From: Macrostomum lignano
Taxonomy: Eukaryota
Assembly: GCA_002269645.1 (NCBI GenBank)
Contig: NIVC01002688.1
Coordinates: forward strand, 62,001 to 126,000
Direction of reading: 5' to 3'
DNA: 64,000 nucleotides
The position numbers and the translations under genes were made by a program. Shown here piece after piece: positions 11,954 through 23,600 of the stretch (position 1 is the first letter of the stretch; the number at the start of each line of letters is the position of its first letter). The notes beneath the pieces were generated by a model, which saw only the letters and a program-made list of their open reading frames with translations, made no database searches and was not told the DNA's origin.

Positions 11954-13126
11954 ATGGCAGCGACTGTCAACATCAGCCTGGTCAACAGCCAGCGACTGCT
12001 CAAATTCTTCGAGATTGCCACGACCCACGAACTGGCCAAGAGCCACATCGCGCTGCTGGGCCTCTACTCGCTCATTGGCCTGGTGTCCATCCTTGGCAAC
12101 GGTCTCCTGCTCTTTGCTATTCTCCGCACCCGTCGAGTGTCAGAGAAGTATTTTCTGTTGAATCTAGTGCTCACCGACCTGCTCATTACTGTCATTTGCA
12201 TTCCCGGCACTTGCCAGAAGTTTTTCTCTAACGTGTGGCACCTGGGCGACTTGCTCTGCCGCCTAGCGAACGCGGCTATGGTATCCACCGCGGGCGCGGC
12301 GATCTTCAACCACACGGCTATGATTCTTGAGCGCTCGCTGGGCGTCAATGCCAGCCGCATCGCCACCAACAGCCGCGACACGCGTGCCACTTCTCTGAAG
12401 ATGATCGGCGCCGTTTGGTTGCTGGCGATCGCTTACGGCTCTCCCGTAGCCGTGCTCACCAGCGTCTCGGATGTGAGCTCCCTGCTCCGCCTGGCCAGCC
12501 TAAATGTGAGCAACCTGCCGCCTATGTGCATCAACAGCATCAGCAGTCCAATAGCCAGCGTTGTCTACGACGCGGTGGGCATGCTGCTGCTCTACATCGT
12601 GCCCCTGTGCGTCATCATCGCGGCCTACGTACGGATCGTCCGCACTGTCCGCGAGGTCAACTCGCAGTTGGTAAAGTTCAACAACAGCGTCACCAACCGA
12701 AGCAAGAAGATTGTCCGTTTGGCCGTCACCATGGCGCTGATGTTCGCCGTCTCCTGGCTACCGCTGCACCTTAGCATGCAGGTGAAGAACATCGACATTC
12801 TCATCAGCAGTGTGTCCGGTCGAACTGTTCTGTTGTACAGCGCCGACAGCAAGTTCTCCGTGCTGCAGGACGTGTTCAACTGCCTCGGCCTGTCCAACTG
12901 CGCCGCCAACCCGGTTTACTTGTTTCTCTCCTGCCCAAACTTTCGCAAGACCCTCGTCCGTGCCTACAGGGGCGGCGGCGGCGACGGAGTCGGCATCGGC
13001 GGTGGCCCCGGCAGCGTCTCCATGAGGGGCCGGCCTTCGCTCAACCGGTGCAGCTCCGCCAACTGCAGCAGCGGCCGTAGGGCTTGCGGAGAAGCCACGA
13101 TAACCTGCTGCGAGAGTCAGCTATGA
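11954..13126 (+). CDS. Intronless class A GPCR, neuropeptide-receptor-like, ~390 aa
   Basis: Single ORF (track 11864..13126). The likely start is accATGG at 11954. Seven hydrophobic segments: GLVSILGNGL, LNLVLTDLL..CIP, W.LG..LC, ILERS, YIVPL, FAVSWLPLH, SNCAANPVY..PNFRK. Confidence 0.9.
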   Translation: MAATVNISLVNSQRLLKFFEIATTHELAKSHIALLGLYSLIGLVSILGNGLLLFAILRTRRVSEKYFLLNLVLTDLLITVICIPGTCQKFFSNVWHLGDLLCRLANAAMVSTAGAAIFNHTAMILERSLGVNASRIATNSRDTRATSLKMIGAVWLLAIAYGSPVAVLTSVSDVSSLLRLASLNVSNLPPMCINSISSPIASVVYDAVGMLLLYIVPLCVIIAAYVRIVRTVREVNSQLVKFNNSVTNRSKKIVRLAVTMALMFAVSWLPLHLSMQVKNIDILISSVSGRTVLLYSADSKFSVLQDVFNCLGLSNCAANPVYLFLSCPNFRKTLVRAYRGGGGDGVGIGGGPGSVSMRGRPSLNRCSSANCSSGRRACGEATITCCESQL

Positions 13127-13610
13127 AATGCTGCATGCCGCGTTTTTGTCTACTGATAGTAGAGTGAATAGCAAATACAGGACAAGAATTCAGCATCTCG
13201 ACCCCACTTTTAGAGACTAGTCCCTGCTACTAACTTAAATATTCGAAAATTTACTATAAGAATGTATTTATGCATCAGTTGCAAAATCTCAATACGGATA
13301 AAAATCGTTGAAAAACACACTTTCGGTTAGTTTTGAAACGCTTCGTCTATGTTTAGTTCGTTTTAGTTCTTAATGTTCTTTTTTGTCAAGCGCTGTACTA
13401 AAAATTAGGCGCACGTACTCCTAAAAACGCTTAATCAGATGCTGCAAAAATCCCTTAATGCACCTCTATTATTAACGGCGCACAACTTTGAAAACTAAAA
13501 TAAACACTGCATATTTTAGCATATTGCTGTCGCTTATTTATAATCCTGGGGGTGGGTTTGGTGCCGCCAGCGCAAGCTGTGGGGTGCCATTGTATGGGAC
13601 GCCATCGTAG

Positions 13611-13949
13611 GGGCGCCAGCACCAAGGGGCGCCAGCACCAAGGGGCGCCAGCACCAAGGGGCGCCAGCACCAAGGGGCGCCAGCACCAAGGGGCGCCAGC
13701 ACCAAGGGGCGCCAGCACCAAGGGGCGCCAGCACCAAGGGGCGCCAGCACCAAGGGGCGCCAGCACCAAGGGGCGCCAGCACCAAGGGGCGCCAGCACCA
13801 AGGGGCGCCAGCACCAAGGGGCGCCAGCACCAAGGGGCGCCAGCACCAAGGGGCGCCAGCACCAAGGGGCGCCAGCACCAAGGGGCGCCAGCACCAAGGG
13901 GCGCCAGCACCAAGGGGCGCCAGCACCAAGGGGCGCCAGCACCAAGGGG
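13611..13949. repeat. 16-bp minisatellite (gggcgccagcaccaag, ~21 near-identical copies), intergenic
   Basis: Directly visible. It explains the VLAPLGAGAPWCWRP ORFs. Confidence 0.95.
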
Positions 13950-15159
13950 GTCCGAAGACCGAAGTTAAATTGTCTCACTGCCTCCGCTTTCTTTCAAAAG
14001 CCTTGAGTTCATTAGATTTATCCAGTGGAATGAGCTAAGCGCTGTCAAAAACAGTGTTTTTGTTGGCTAGATTGCTATTACTGTAAATACTCGCAAGTTT
14101 GGCCCAAGGTAAATTCCATAGAAAATTTAGTAATGAAGGCAGCCTACCTAGGCAGGCCAAGCAAGCGTGAGACTGGTGGCTTGCATCTAATGTACTCAAA
14201 TTACTTAACTACTCATTGTAAGCGCATAAGATACTCATCTCAATCTAAGCACTTTTCAAGGGCCAGAGCAGAGAAAGTTTGTTTACTGCCAAAAAGCTCA
14301 CACATTTCTGCTCAGCATCGCTGGCAATTGTTTATCATAGAAGAGCAAGGACAGCTCAGCCAGATTTCCTTCTGCTGGGTCAAATTTTGAATGTTCACCT
14401 CTGCGCACTAGCAGTTTAACAGCGCTACCTATCCAGGTATCAGCTCAATAGGACTGACCGATGCCAATTCTTTATCTGTGCCGATGACCGGACTAAACCA
14501 GTTGCCAACCAGTTGAGAGGGCCGGCCGGCTGCCAAAGGAACTCGCTAAAGCTGTTTCTGTTTACGCCGCGCCTATTTAGCCGCCCGCCCCCCTATCTAT
14601 CGCACTGAATCACATGACTTCAACTGCATTACACATTGTCAGCAGCCACGCAAAAACTAATAAATACCGGTAACAAGAGAAGCGGCGCCGCCGCCAGATA
14701 ATTCAGAGAAAATTTGTACAATTGGGATAAGTGGGCCGAACTCTCGGATTTATTCGGAGATATGCAGTCAGCCAGCGACATGACCGCTACGGGTGAGCCT
14801 CTCTCGGTTTTATACAGACCGCTAGGCGTTATCAAACGCCCTTCTTTCACCTTACCCTCTGCTGCTCCACTAGCCGTGTAAAATGAACGTCCTTGGTTTT
14901 TTCCACTGTCTCGCCGTCCCAAGTGCCAGGCCGTCTATAATGCAAAGCCAGCTTTGGTTTTTTTCCATCAGCGGAATAAAACTGCCCGCCCGCTTTCGCA
15001 TGCAAGCGCGCGTGGGGAGGCGGGGCGCTCAATGTACATCGCCGGGGGGACCAGACTTGAACGTACATTACCGGGGCCAGGGATAGACTTGGATTTCCTT
15101 CCACTCGGCAATCTAACACTGGGTGGGGGTTGTAGCATATTTTCTTGAAACCACTCCCC

Positions 15160-15167
15160 TATAAAAG
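15160..15167 (+). promoter_or_regulatory. Canonical TATA box (TATAAAAG) upstream of PEAMT
   Basis: Perfect TATAAAAG in GC-rich flanks, about 100 nt upstream of the first ATG (15268). Confidence 0.55.
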
Positions 15168-15267
15168 GGCGCCCCCGGCCTGTACACTAGACAATCGCCG
15201 CCAGCAGTCTATTTTTAGCACTCGTCTCTCTGAGAAGGCAATAAACAGATTGAGTTGGCCCCACTCA

Positions 15268-17322
15268 ATGGAAGCCAAAAGCGGTAAGAGTGCTATTAAT
15301 ACTAAATAAATCTAGAGTTTTAACTAAATGTAAGCTTTGCAGATATCATATCAATTAGCCTCAAATGCACCGGGCATTCGGGTGAGCGTGAACGTGCAAT
15401 CCTGCGTTTCACTTGTACCTTATGACGTTATGTACTTTTACTTTACTTTTACAGTGAACATGAACATGAACATTATCGACCCTTTAAGAAATTATTTAGG
15501 TTTTGAAGCCCTTTTTGCTACTGGTATTGTGCACTAATCTATTCAAACACGGAATGCTATGACCCAACCCTGCTACTCCAGAGACAAGAAAGAGCATGGC
15601 CAGCTACTGGCAGGACCACGGCCAGGCAACGGTGGAGATGATGATGCTCGATGAGAACGCGGCAACCATAGCGGAGAGGGAGGCGCTGGAAGTTCTTGGC
15701 ATGCTGCCGAACATTGAGGGAATGTCGGTAGTGGAACTGGGAGCGGGAATCGGCCGGTTCACCCAGTACTTGGCACCGAAGGTCGCCCACCTGGAAGCCT
15801 ACGACTTCATGCAGAACTTTATTGACAAGAACCGCGAGCTGAATGGTCACCATGGCAACGTTGAGTTCGGAGTAGCAGACGTAACCAAGCTCAACCTCAG
15901 TCAAAACAGATTCGACTTTATATTCTCGAATTGGTTGTTCATGTACCTGGATGACTCCGAGGTTGCGGGGGTCTTCAGGAAAGTCCTTGATTGGCTGCGT
16001 CCAGATGGCTACTTCTTCTTCCGCGAGTCCTGCTTCCACAAGTCCGGCTCAGTGGCCCGGACTGACAACCCCACGCGCTACCGGACGCCCCAGCAGTACA
16101 ATGAGCTTCTGCTTGAGGCCGCGGCTGGCAAAGGCTGCAAGTTCAGCCTGCTGTACGCCAGGCCGAGCCGGACCTACATCAGCTACAAGCAAAACCGCAA
16201 CCAGATGTGCTGGCTGGTGCAGAAGGTCCCGGCGGTTGCGGACGAGGTCCGGCGTCAGCGCAAATCCGAGCGCCTATTCTCGGAGGAGAGCATCGGCAAG
16301 CTGGAGAAAATCTTCGGTAAGAGCTTCTTGTCCAACGGTGGCATCTCAAGCACGCGCGAGCTGTGCGACAAGCTTGGCGTGAAATCCGGCGAGCGAGTGC
16401 TGGATGTGGGCTGCGGACTTGGCGACACCTCCATGTACCTGGTGCAGGAGTACGGGGCCAACGTCATCGGGATCGACATCTCCGCCCCGATGATCAGCAT
16501 CGCACTGCAACGGGCTAACCAGCTGAGCGTGCCCAATGTGAGCTTATCTAGAGAGTTCCAGGGTTTTTAAAAAATCGTTTTATTTAAAATTAAACCTGAT
16601 TTTCATTTCGTTTCGCATCAGGTTCTGTTCGAGGTCGCAGACATTGAGACCTACGCCTTATACGAGGAGTCTTCATTTGATGTTATCTACAGCAGAGACG
16701 TGCTGCAATATGTCGGTGCCAAAGACAAGGTGCTAGCCAAGTACTACGTAAGTTCTTCTCGATTCACTTAATCTGCCTTCGTTTTACTGCGTCGAACTTG
16801 TCTCATGGAGTGATTTTTGCACTGTGTTAGAAGAATTCATGTGTCAACAACCTTGAGCAATTTTAACCATTGCAGAAATGGCTTAAGCCAGGCGGCCGCC
16901 TGCTGATCTCAGACTACTGCGTGCAGAGCGGCGAGAGCCAGGAGCAGACGGGCCTCGACAGCTTCTGGTCGCGGCGACCGCACCGGCTGTGCACCGTCGA
17001 GGACTTCGCCTCCATGCTGACGCAAAACCGATTCGCCACGCTTGCCACAGAGGACATCACGCCGTGGTGCCAGCAGATCACCATGATGGAGCTCGACGTG
17101 CTGGAGAAGAACAAGAAGCTGTTTGTCGATGTGAGTCATTTGAAAATTGAAAATAATTTCCCTGATCCCGAATTATGCAGCTCCTTTTCATCAATTCACC
17201 TCCAGGAGTTCGGCGAGAAACGTTTCGAGCTGACCAAATCGAACTGGCGCCGTCGGCTGGCGATGTGCATGAACCAGGAGCTGCTGTGGATCCTCTTCAG
17301 CGCCATCAAGCGTGAGGAATGA
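15268..17322 (+). CDS. PEAMT: Phosphoethanolamine N-methyltransferase, two SAM-methyltransferase domains, 5 exons, ~489 aa
   Basis: join(15268..15283,15582..16537,16622..16747,16876..17130,17206..17322). Plant/vertebrate PEAMT hallmarks: YW..H...TVE.MMLD, VELGAGIGRFT, FSNWLFMYL, FFRESCFH.SG, NPT.YR, NQ.CW..QKV, VLDVGCG, YSRD, WLKPGG..LISDYC. Confidence 0.95.
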
Positions 17323-18640
17323 ATAAGCAATGCCCGCTAACAAACAATTTGATTTAAGAAACCTATCCGCTCGTATCCTTGATGCCTTGATATGCTTGTA
17401 GTCTGGCATTAAATGCTACTCGTACCAATCTGTGTTCTGCTATGCTTCAACTACAATTGGTGTTATTATGTTCCATGGTAATGCGGGACCAGGTCAATGT
17501 CGTACTGTACTAGTGATTTCAGCATGAATATTTTTGATTGTGTGAATCAGCTGATTTCATCTTTGTTATACTCGTACTCGAATGTTTGTACATTTAGGAT
17601 TCGCCAAGTGTAATTTTGCTATTTTGATTGACAGGCCGCCAAATCTAACCTATTCTATGTCTAGGATTTTACTCGGCTCTCGGTTATAAACTCGCGTTTT
17701 TACATTTATGGCACTTTAACAGAATCATTGCATTGGTTTTTTGGCTGCACATCGTATCTCTCTAAGGGTGCTTGAACAACACGTTTGATTACTTTTTCAT
17801 TGAAAATAATAAAATCTGCGATTCGCTTGCTTATCACTCAAAATGCACAATTTCCAATATTTCAAAGATTTACCGAGACTGAGCTGAGATATTCTCAAGA
17901 CAGCAGACGTAATGGACGTCTGTCTTACTCGGCTACGGGCATAAGCAGTTCAGACAGTGGATCAGATGGAGAGAGGAGACTCTCATTCTTGGTCAGGCAA
18001 GATTGCATGAAAGCTCGGAATGCGAGCGAGCAACGTGCTTGCTACGTCGGCCCAATATTCCTATCCGAGCCCTTCTGCACCGGACAGACAGAGCATTTCT
18101 ATGCAATTCTGCATGCACATTCACGTGTGCATCTCCCACAGCTCAGTAATTCTGGCTCTTAGCTCTGTATCATAATGCGTTCGCGTCTTTCTTTTGCTGC
18201 AGAAATTTGACCTTTAAATGGCCAGGCAGTTTTTTATAGATTTTTCATAGCTAGACGTTTTATTTTAGTAGTTATTAGTAGTATTTTCCGTGTCTTATGC
18301 ATAGATCTTCGAGTACACCAGTACTCTTTCAGAATAAACCCGAATAAACTGTTTTTTCTTTACTATGTGAACTGCGAGCTAAATTTGACTTGCAGCTCTT
18401 TTAACTACAGTAAAATGCGAATCGCATGCTGTCTGGATGCTTCTACGAGAAAGCTTGCTTGTACGAGCTGTTGACACTATCGAATTTTGGCTTGTGCGTA
18501 AATGACACGTACAATGAGCGAGGCAGTGCAACCGGACAGCACTTAGTGAGGTCACTTTTGACGAGCCAAATTTCCCGTCAAACTGAAGATCATGAGAAAT
18601 GTATATTATCCTGATTTCCACTAGCCTCGTCATCGGTTAT

Positions 18641-19609
18641 TTAGTCTTCAGTTGCCGTGATTGAGCAGGCCGCCAGGCCAGCAGCCACAGCCGCAGTGAG
18701 GCTGGCCAACACGCAGCAGATGAAGCCGGAGCTGAGCACCTCGGAAGTTTCACCGTGACGCAGCACAGCGCTGTACATGGTGCCAAGAAACACAGACCAG
18801 GCGATGATTGACAGCACGGCTGCGGGAAATAAGGGGGGCAATCCCAATGACCCCCGAATACATAGGGAAAGTGGTCTGTGTGTTTTAGAGAGCTCCTGCC
18901 AAAGCATCCACAGAACAAAGCGCAGAAGCAAATGGTTCCACACTCCGACGCTGAATCTCACCGACTCCGATGCACAGGGCGGCCACGGTGGCGGCCACCA
19001 CCCGCTCCTTGTACCGGTGGCGCACTAGCCCGCGTTCGCCGCACGCGTCAATTACCAGCTTGATGCTCGCCGTCAAGCCAAGGCCCAGGCAGGCGAACAG
19101 CAGCACCCGGGCTGCCACCAACGCTCCGTTGTTGGCCACCGTCAGCCGCCTCAAGGTGGCCTCGGACAGCACCGGGTGGTCGGCGCCCAAACGCCAGTTG
19201 GCCCGCAGGCCGGTGCTGTTTTCTGGCGCCTCCGGCGTCTCCAAGCCGACAGTGCGGCGGTCAGCCAGGACGGTCTCGTGGTAAACTAGCACCTCGCGCG
19301 GCCGGTGATGGTAGTAGAAATAGTAGAATGCGACCCCTGGCGGAAAATTTATGCCAATTTAAGTGCTCGATGGACATGAATGCGTCTGATTGATCTGAGT
19401 CGCTAAAGCTTTACTTTGTAGCCGTTTCTCCACTCACTTTTCGTCTCCCACAGCCCGACGGCCACGAAGGTGGTGGCGGAGGCGTTTCCTGTCAAGCCTG
19501 GCCGCGGCACCGAGGCCTCGATCAGCAGCCAGCGGTCGCTGAAGAGGCCGATGGTGGCCAGGCAGACGCAGGCGGAGAGGAAGAACACGAGGGTGCAGCT
19601 GTGCAGCAT
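18641..19609 (-). CDS. Claudin/PMP22/EMP-superfamily-like four-TM protein, 3 exons, ~241 aa
   Basis: complement(join(18641..18819,18962..19336,19438..19609)), phase-consistent GT-AG. TM1 is followed by W-x(n)-GLW, then three more hydrophobic helices. Confidence 0.7.
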
Positions 19610-20655
19610 TGTGTTCGTGGGTCGAATATTTTCTGAATTCTTTTTTAATTTTGTGAAATATCAACTGCAGGTATCGGCTTGGCTCACGTTCGCAAGCAAT
19701 TTTTTCAGCGAAATATAGCTGACGCCACAGCTGTGCCGAGTGCAGCAATTGCAGAATATCGAAAGCCTGAATCGATATCGAGGAAAGAGTGGCGAGCGAC
19801 TTCTGCTCACAGTTGAGGAAGCGGGCGGGAAGACGCTTCAGTACAAGACAAGCATTGGTGACGGCCCTGTCTTGTGTTGCTGAGCTTGCAGAGCAAGGTA
19901 GAGGTGGGAACTTATTGGCTCTGTGGAGGGCGACTTTTCTCTAAATTTTCACAGCTTAACACCGCTTTCAGATTTTACCTTCTCTAATGTGCTTTTCAAA
20001 CAGAACAGGCGCGATAGGAGTGCTATGTAAGTACCGTACGAGTATATGGACAAAACAGCCAGAGCATATATTTTGCATGTTGAAGGCAATGCCATGTCGT
20101 GAAATACGAGCGTATAAAAAATCCTCGTAAAAAATGTCACTAGCTAAAAAACCTCTGTTTCGATTGCCTGCGGTTACCGCCACAATCTCCAGTCCATAAA
20201 TTTTTCTGCCTCTGTAAGAAGCGAATTTGGAAGTCGTCAGAGTAAACTTGTAGCCGTTAGCATGACTGACTATGATCTAGATGTGTATTTCATTTAAAAG
20301 GGCATCGCTTAAACAATACTTTATTGCACTTCAGTAACCGTTATTACAAATGAGTAGAAAAAAGTAGAAGGCGATATGCTCTATGAAAGTATTTTTAACA
20401 TAACAATACGGAAAACTGCTGCAGTCCTTATCGCAAAACACTATTGGCATAACTATTGAGCAAAAAGGCATCCAACTATTGCTACTACCAATTCACACAT
20501 GCGCTTGAGCTACAGACGTAAGAAAAAATTGTCCATTCACCTACGATAGAATTCTGTGACAGTTAGATGAAGGCACCAGCGGCGGCTGAGAACGCTGAGA
20601 ACACGTTTTTTTTCAGATCTTCCTTCAGATCGGACGACAGGACTAAGTCCGGGAT

Positions 20656-23600
20656 TTAGGAAGCCTCTTCTGACTGATTTTTGGCGAATCTGATGAACAC
20701 CTGCATGAACAGATCAGAAAAGCTTAGCCCAGAGCTATAAATATTTAGACAGATAATTACCTAAACGCTCATTATTGCATCATCCATTAAATAACTTTAC
20801 CTGGTCGAGAGTGGTCTGGTTGACGCTGTAGTCCAGCACCAGACCGTTGTCCTTGAGCCTCTGGACGCTCTCAAAGATGGTCCTGAGCCTCACGGTCTGC
20901 TTCAGCTGGTACTGCAGCACAGCCGCGTGGTTCTCGCACAGCACGGCGTCCGGAAAGGCCGATATGAACGCTTCGTGAGCTCTCTCCAGCTGACCTTCCG
21001 TGTTATCGATGGTAGCGGAGGCCGAGGCAGAGGTGGATGTCGCCTCCTGCGACTGCGGCTGACGAACGCGCAGGAAGATGGTGAACCCTTGGCCGAACTT
21101 GTTCTTCAAGTGCTGAGGACTGCCGATGCACTGCAGTCTGCCGTTCACCTGTGTGAGATGTTAGTGAAGGTATGGTGGGGAAAGTGAGCTGCTTGGCTGC
21201 TGCATGAGCTGCAATACCAGCACTGAGCTGCTCTCACCATGATGGTGAGCCTGTGACACAGCGCTTGGCAATCCTCCATGCTGTGAGTTGTGAGAATGAC
21301 GCACGAGCCAGCAGTGACCATGCGTTGGATGCAGCGCCAAAGGAATCTGCGAGCTCCAGGGTCCATGCCGGCAGTTGGCTCGTCCAGGAACACGATGGGC
21401 GGGTTGCCGATGAACGCGATGCCGCAGGAGAGCTTGCGCTTGTTGCCTCCGCTGTACTCCTGAGTGGTCTTCTCCAGGTGCGCCTCGATGCCCACCCTGC
21501 GGTGTCGAGGTGGCTCTGCGTACAATCTTCTCATTTCAAAAGAGCACTTACATGTATTATGGTAACATTCATTCAATTTCAATTTCATTTCAATCGTTTC
21601 ACTCATTAGAGTAAAATTCGTTAAATTTAAATTTCATTTCAATCATTTCACTCATTAGAGTAACATTCCTTCAATTTCAATTTCACTTCCATCGTTTCAC
21701 TTATTAGAGTGACACGAGCAGAGCAAGATCGGTGACGAACCTCTTTGAGATGGTCTCCACCAGCTGGTCGATGTCCTCCTCCTCCACTCCTCGAATCCTC
21801 GCGTACAGCTGCAGCGTCTCCCTGCCGGTCAGTAGCGGCAGCAGCGCATCGAACTGGGGACAATATCCCAGCTGCTTGTGAACCTCGAGAGCCTCCGTCA
21901 GGATTGAGAAGCCGCCGACTCGAGCGTCTCCGCTCGTCGGTGTGAGATCACCTGGGGCAACGAGAGTGAAAATAAAGTGGAAAGCAAATCGGGTAGGACC
22001 TCACGAATCTACCACCAACGACTCACCAGTCAGCATTTTGAACGTGGTTGTCTTGCCAGCACCGTTGACGCCCAAGAAGCCGAAGCACTCCTGAGACTTC
22101 ACTCCCAGACTGATGCCCTTGACGGCGGCTCTCGGTCCGGAGCTGGTGCTAAAAATCTTAACGAGCCGACGCAGCTCAAGCAGGTTTTCATCGCTCTTAG
22201 CACCCTCGACCTTCGCAGCTTCAGCGCGCACATCATCATCGATCTCTGCTGTTTCCATTCGCACCAGCGACTGATCATACTCGGAGCGGTAGAAGAAGCG
22301 GAAAAAGCGCGAGGACACGAGGCCCTGCTTGCAGCAGCAGTTGTACTCGAGCAGCAGTACGAATGCAAAGTACACAACACTTTCCACTACCATACAAAGC
22401 AGATATCGTCCTGTGGCATTCCATGCGCTCTGGTGCACGTCGAATCCCACAAACCGTTTTATTGGAGCAGATTTAAGTCTGGAATCTTTTAGAAGTTTGC
22501 CGAACCTGATTGAGACCTGATGGAACAAATTGTTATTATTACAGATTAGGTTACAATCCAAGAAATGCGAATATATAGCATTATATATATATAATTAGCA
22601 ATACATTATTCATGCGCATGTCCTAACTGACTAAAGTATTTTTGGCGTGAATTCTAAATTTTGGTCTGCGCAACTTACCTGATAGTAGACGTTTAACTCC
22701 ATTAGTGATTGGCCCAAGCAAAAGTGAGGCAGCGGTAGGAAAGCCATTTTCAGAATATCTGCAATGCGGAGAGCTGTGGTGTCATGGTTCTCTAGACCAA
22801 CCAGTCGTACAATCGCGACGGACATTGTTGTCGTGAACCCGATGCCCAGGTTCAGGCATGACAGCATGGTGAACGCCTTGCTCGGAACGGTGAGCACCCA
22901 GCTGAAGGGGTACATGAGCGGCGCACTGGCGAACCCGAACAGGACCACGGTCAGCAGGAACGGCACCAGGGACTCCTTTCCAATAAACTCGTAGCTTCTG
23001 AATGCAACGAAGATCAAAATAACGATGGTCAGCGGTACTATGTAGTTCAACAGGTTCCAGATGTGGTTAACGACCCAGTACATAGTCGGGTTGATTCCGG
23101 ACACGAACTGCAAGTGCTTAGCGTTTGTGGTTTTTTCCGAGATGAGGAAGATCACAAAGCTGGCGGGAATGAATGACAGGGCGAAGATGATGGACACCAC
23201 TGTCATAGCCGATACCATGGTGTTCGCGCTGAGCACGTTCTGTACGTATGTTGTACGAAAAGTGATCGGGTGAGTCCAGCCTGACACCCCGATCGCCTCT
23301 GCCGAGCCGACGCTCCGGTTGGCGAGAGTTCGCACGATAGAATTGGTGAGCGTATTTAGATATGCAGGGCCAGACAAGTAACCGTGATTGTCGTACCATA
23401 CTTGGTTTACAATTGCTTCGGAACTGCTCTGCTGACGAAAGCTTTTCAGTAGTGATAGCAGCTGCTCTAGGAAACTATAGTTAAAAAACAACACGGCGTG
23501 CCATTTATCTTAATGAATATTTTCAAATAAACAAATATCATTGGGTTTTGTGACTTTTCAAGCAGGATTTTCAAAAAAATGTAGGCTTAAATTTACTGTT

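Noticed and set aside
15596-16570. PEAMT as a bacterial/plant horizontal transfer
   Set aside because: It has four ordinary introns and host-like codon usage. Two-domain PMTs are known in several animal lineages.
17870-17932. Small multi-stem hairpin (tgaga/tctca, cagacgt/acgtctg) between convergent 3' ends
   Set aside because: The stems are short, and there is no family motif or covariation evidence.
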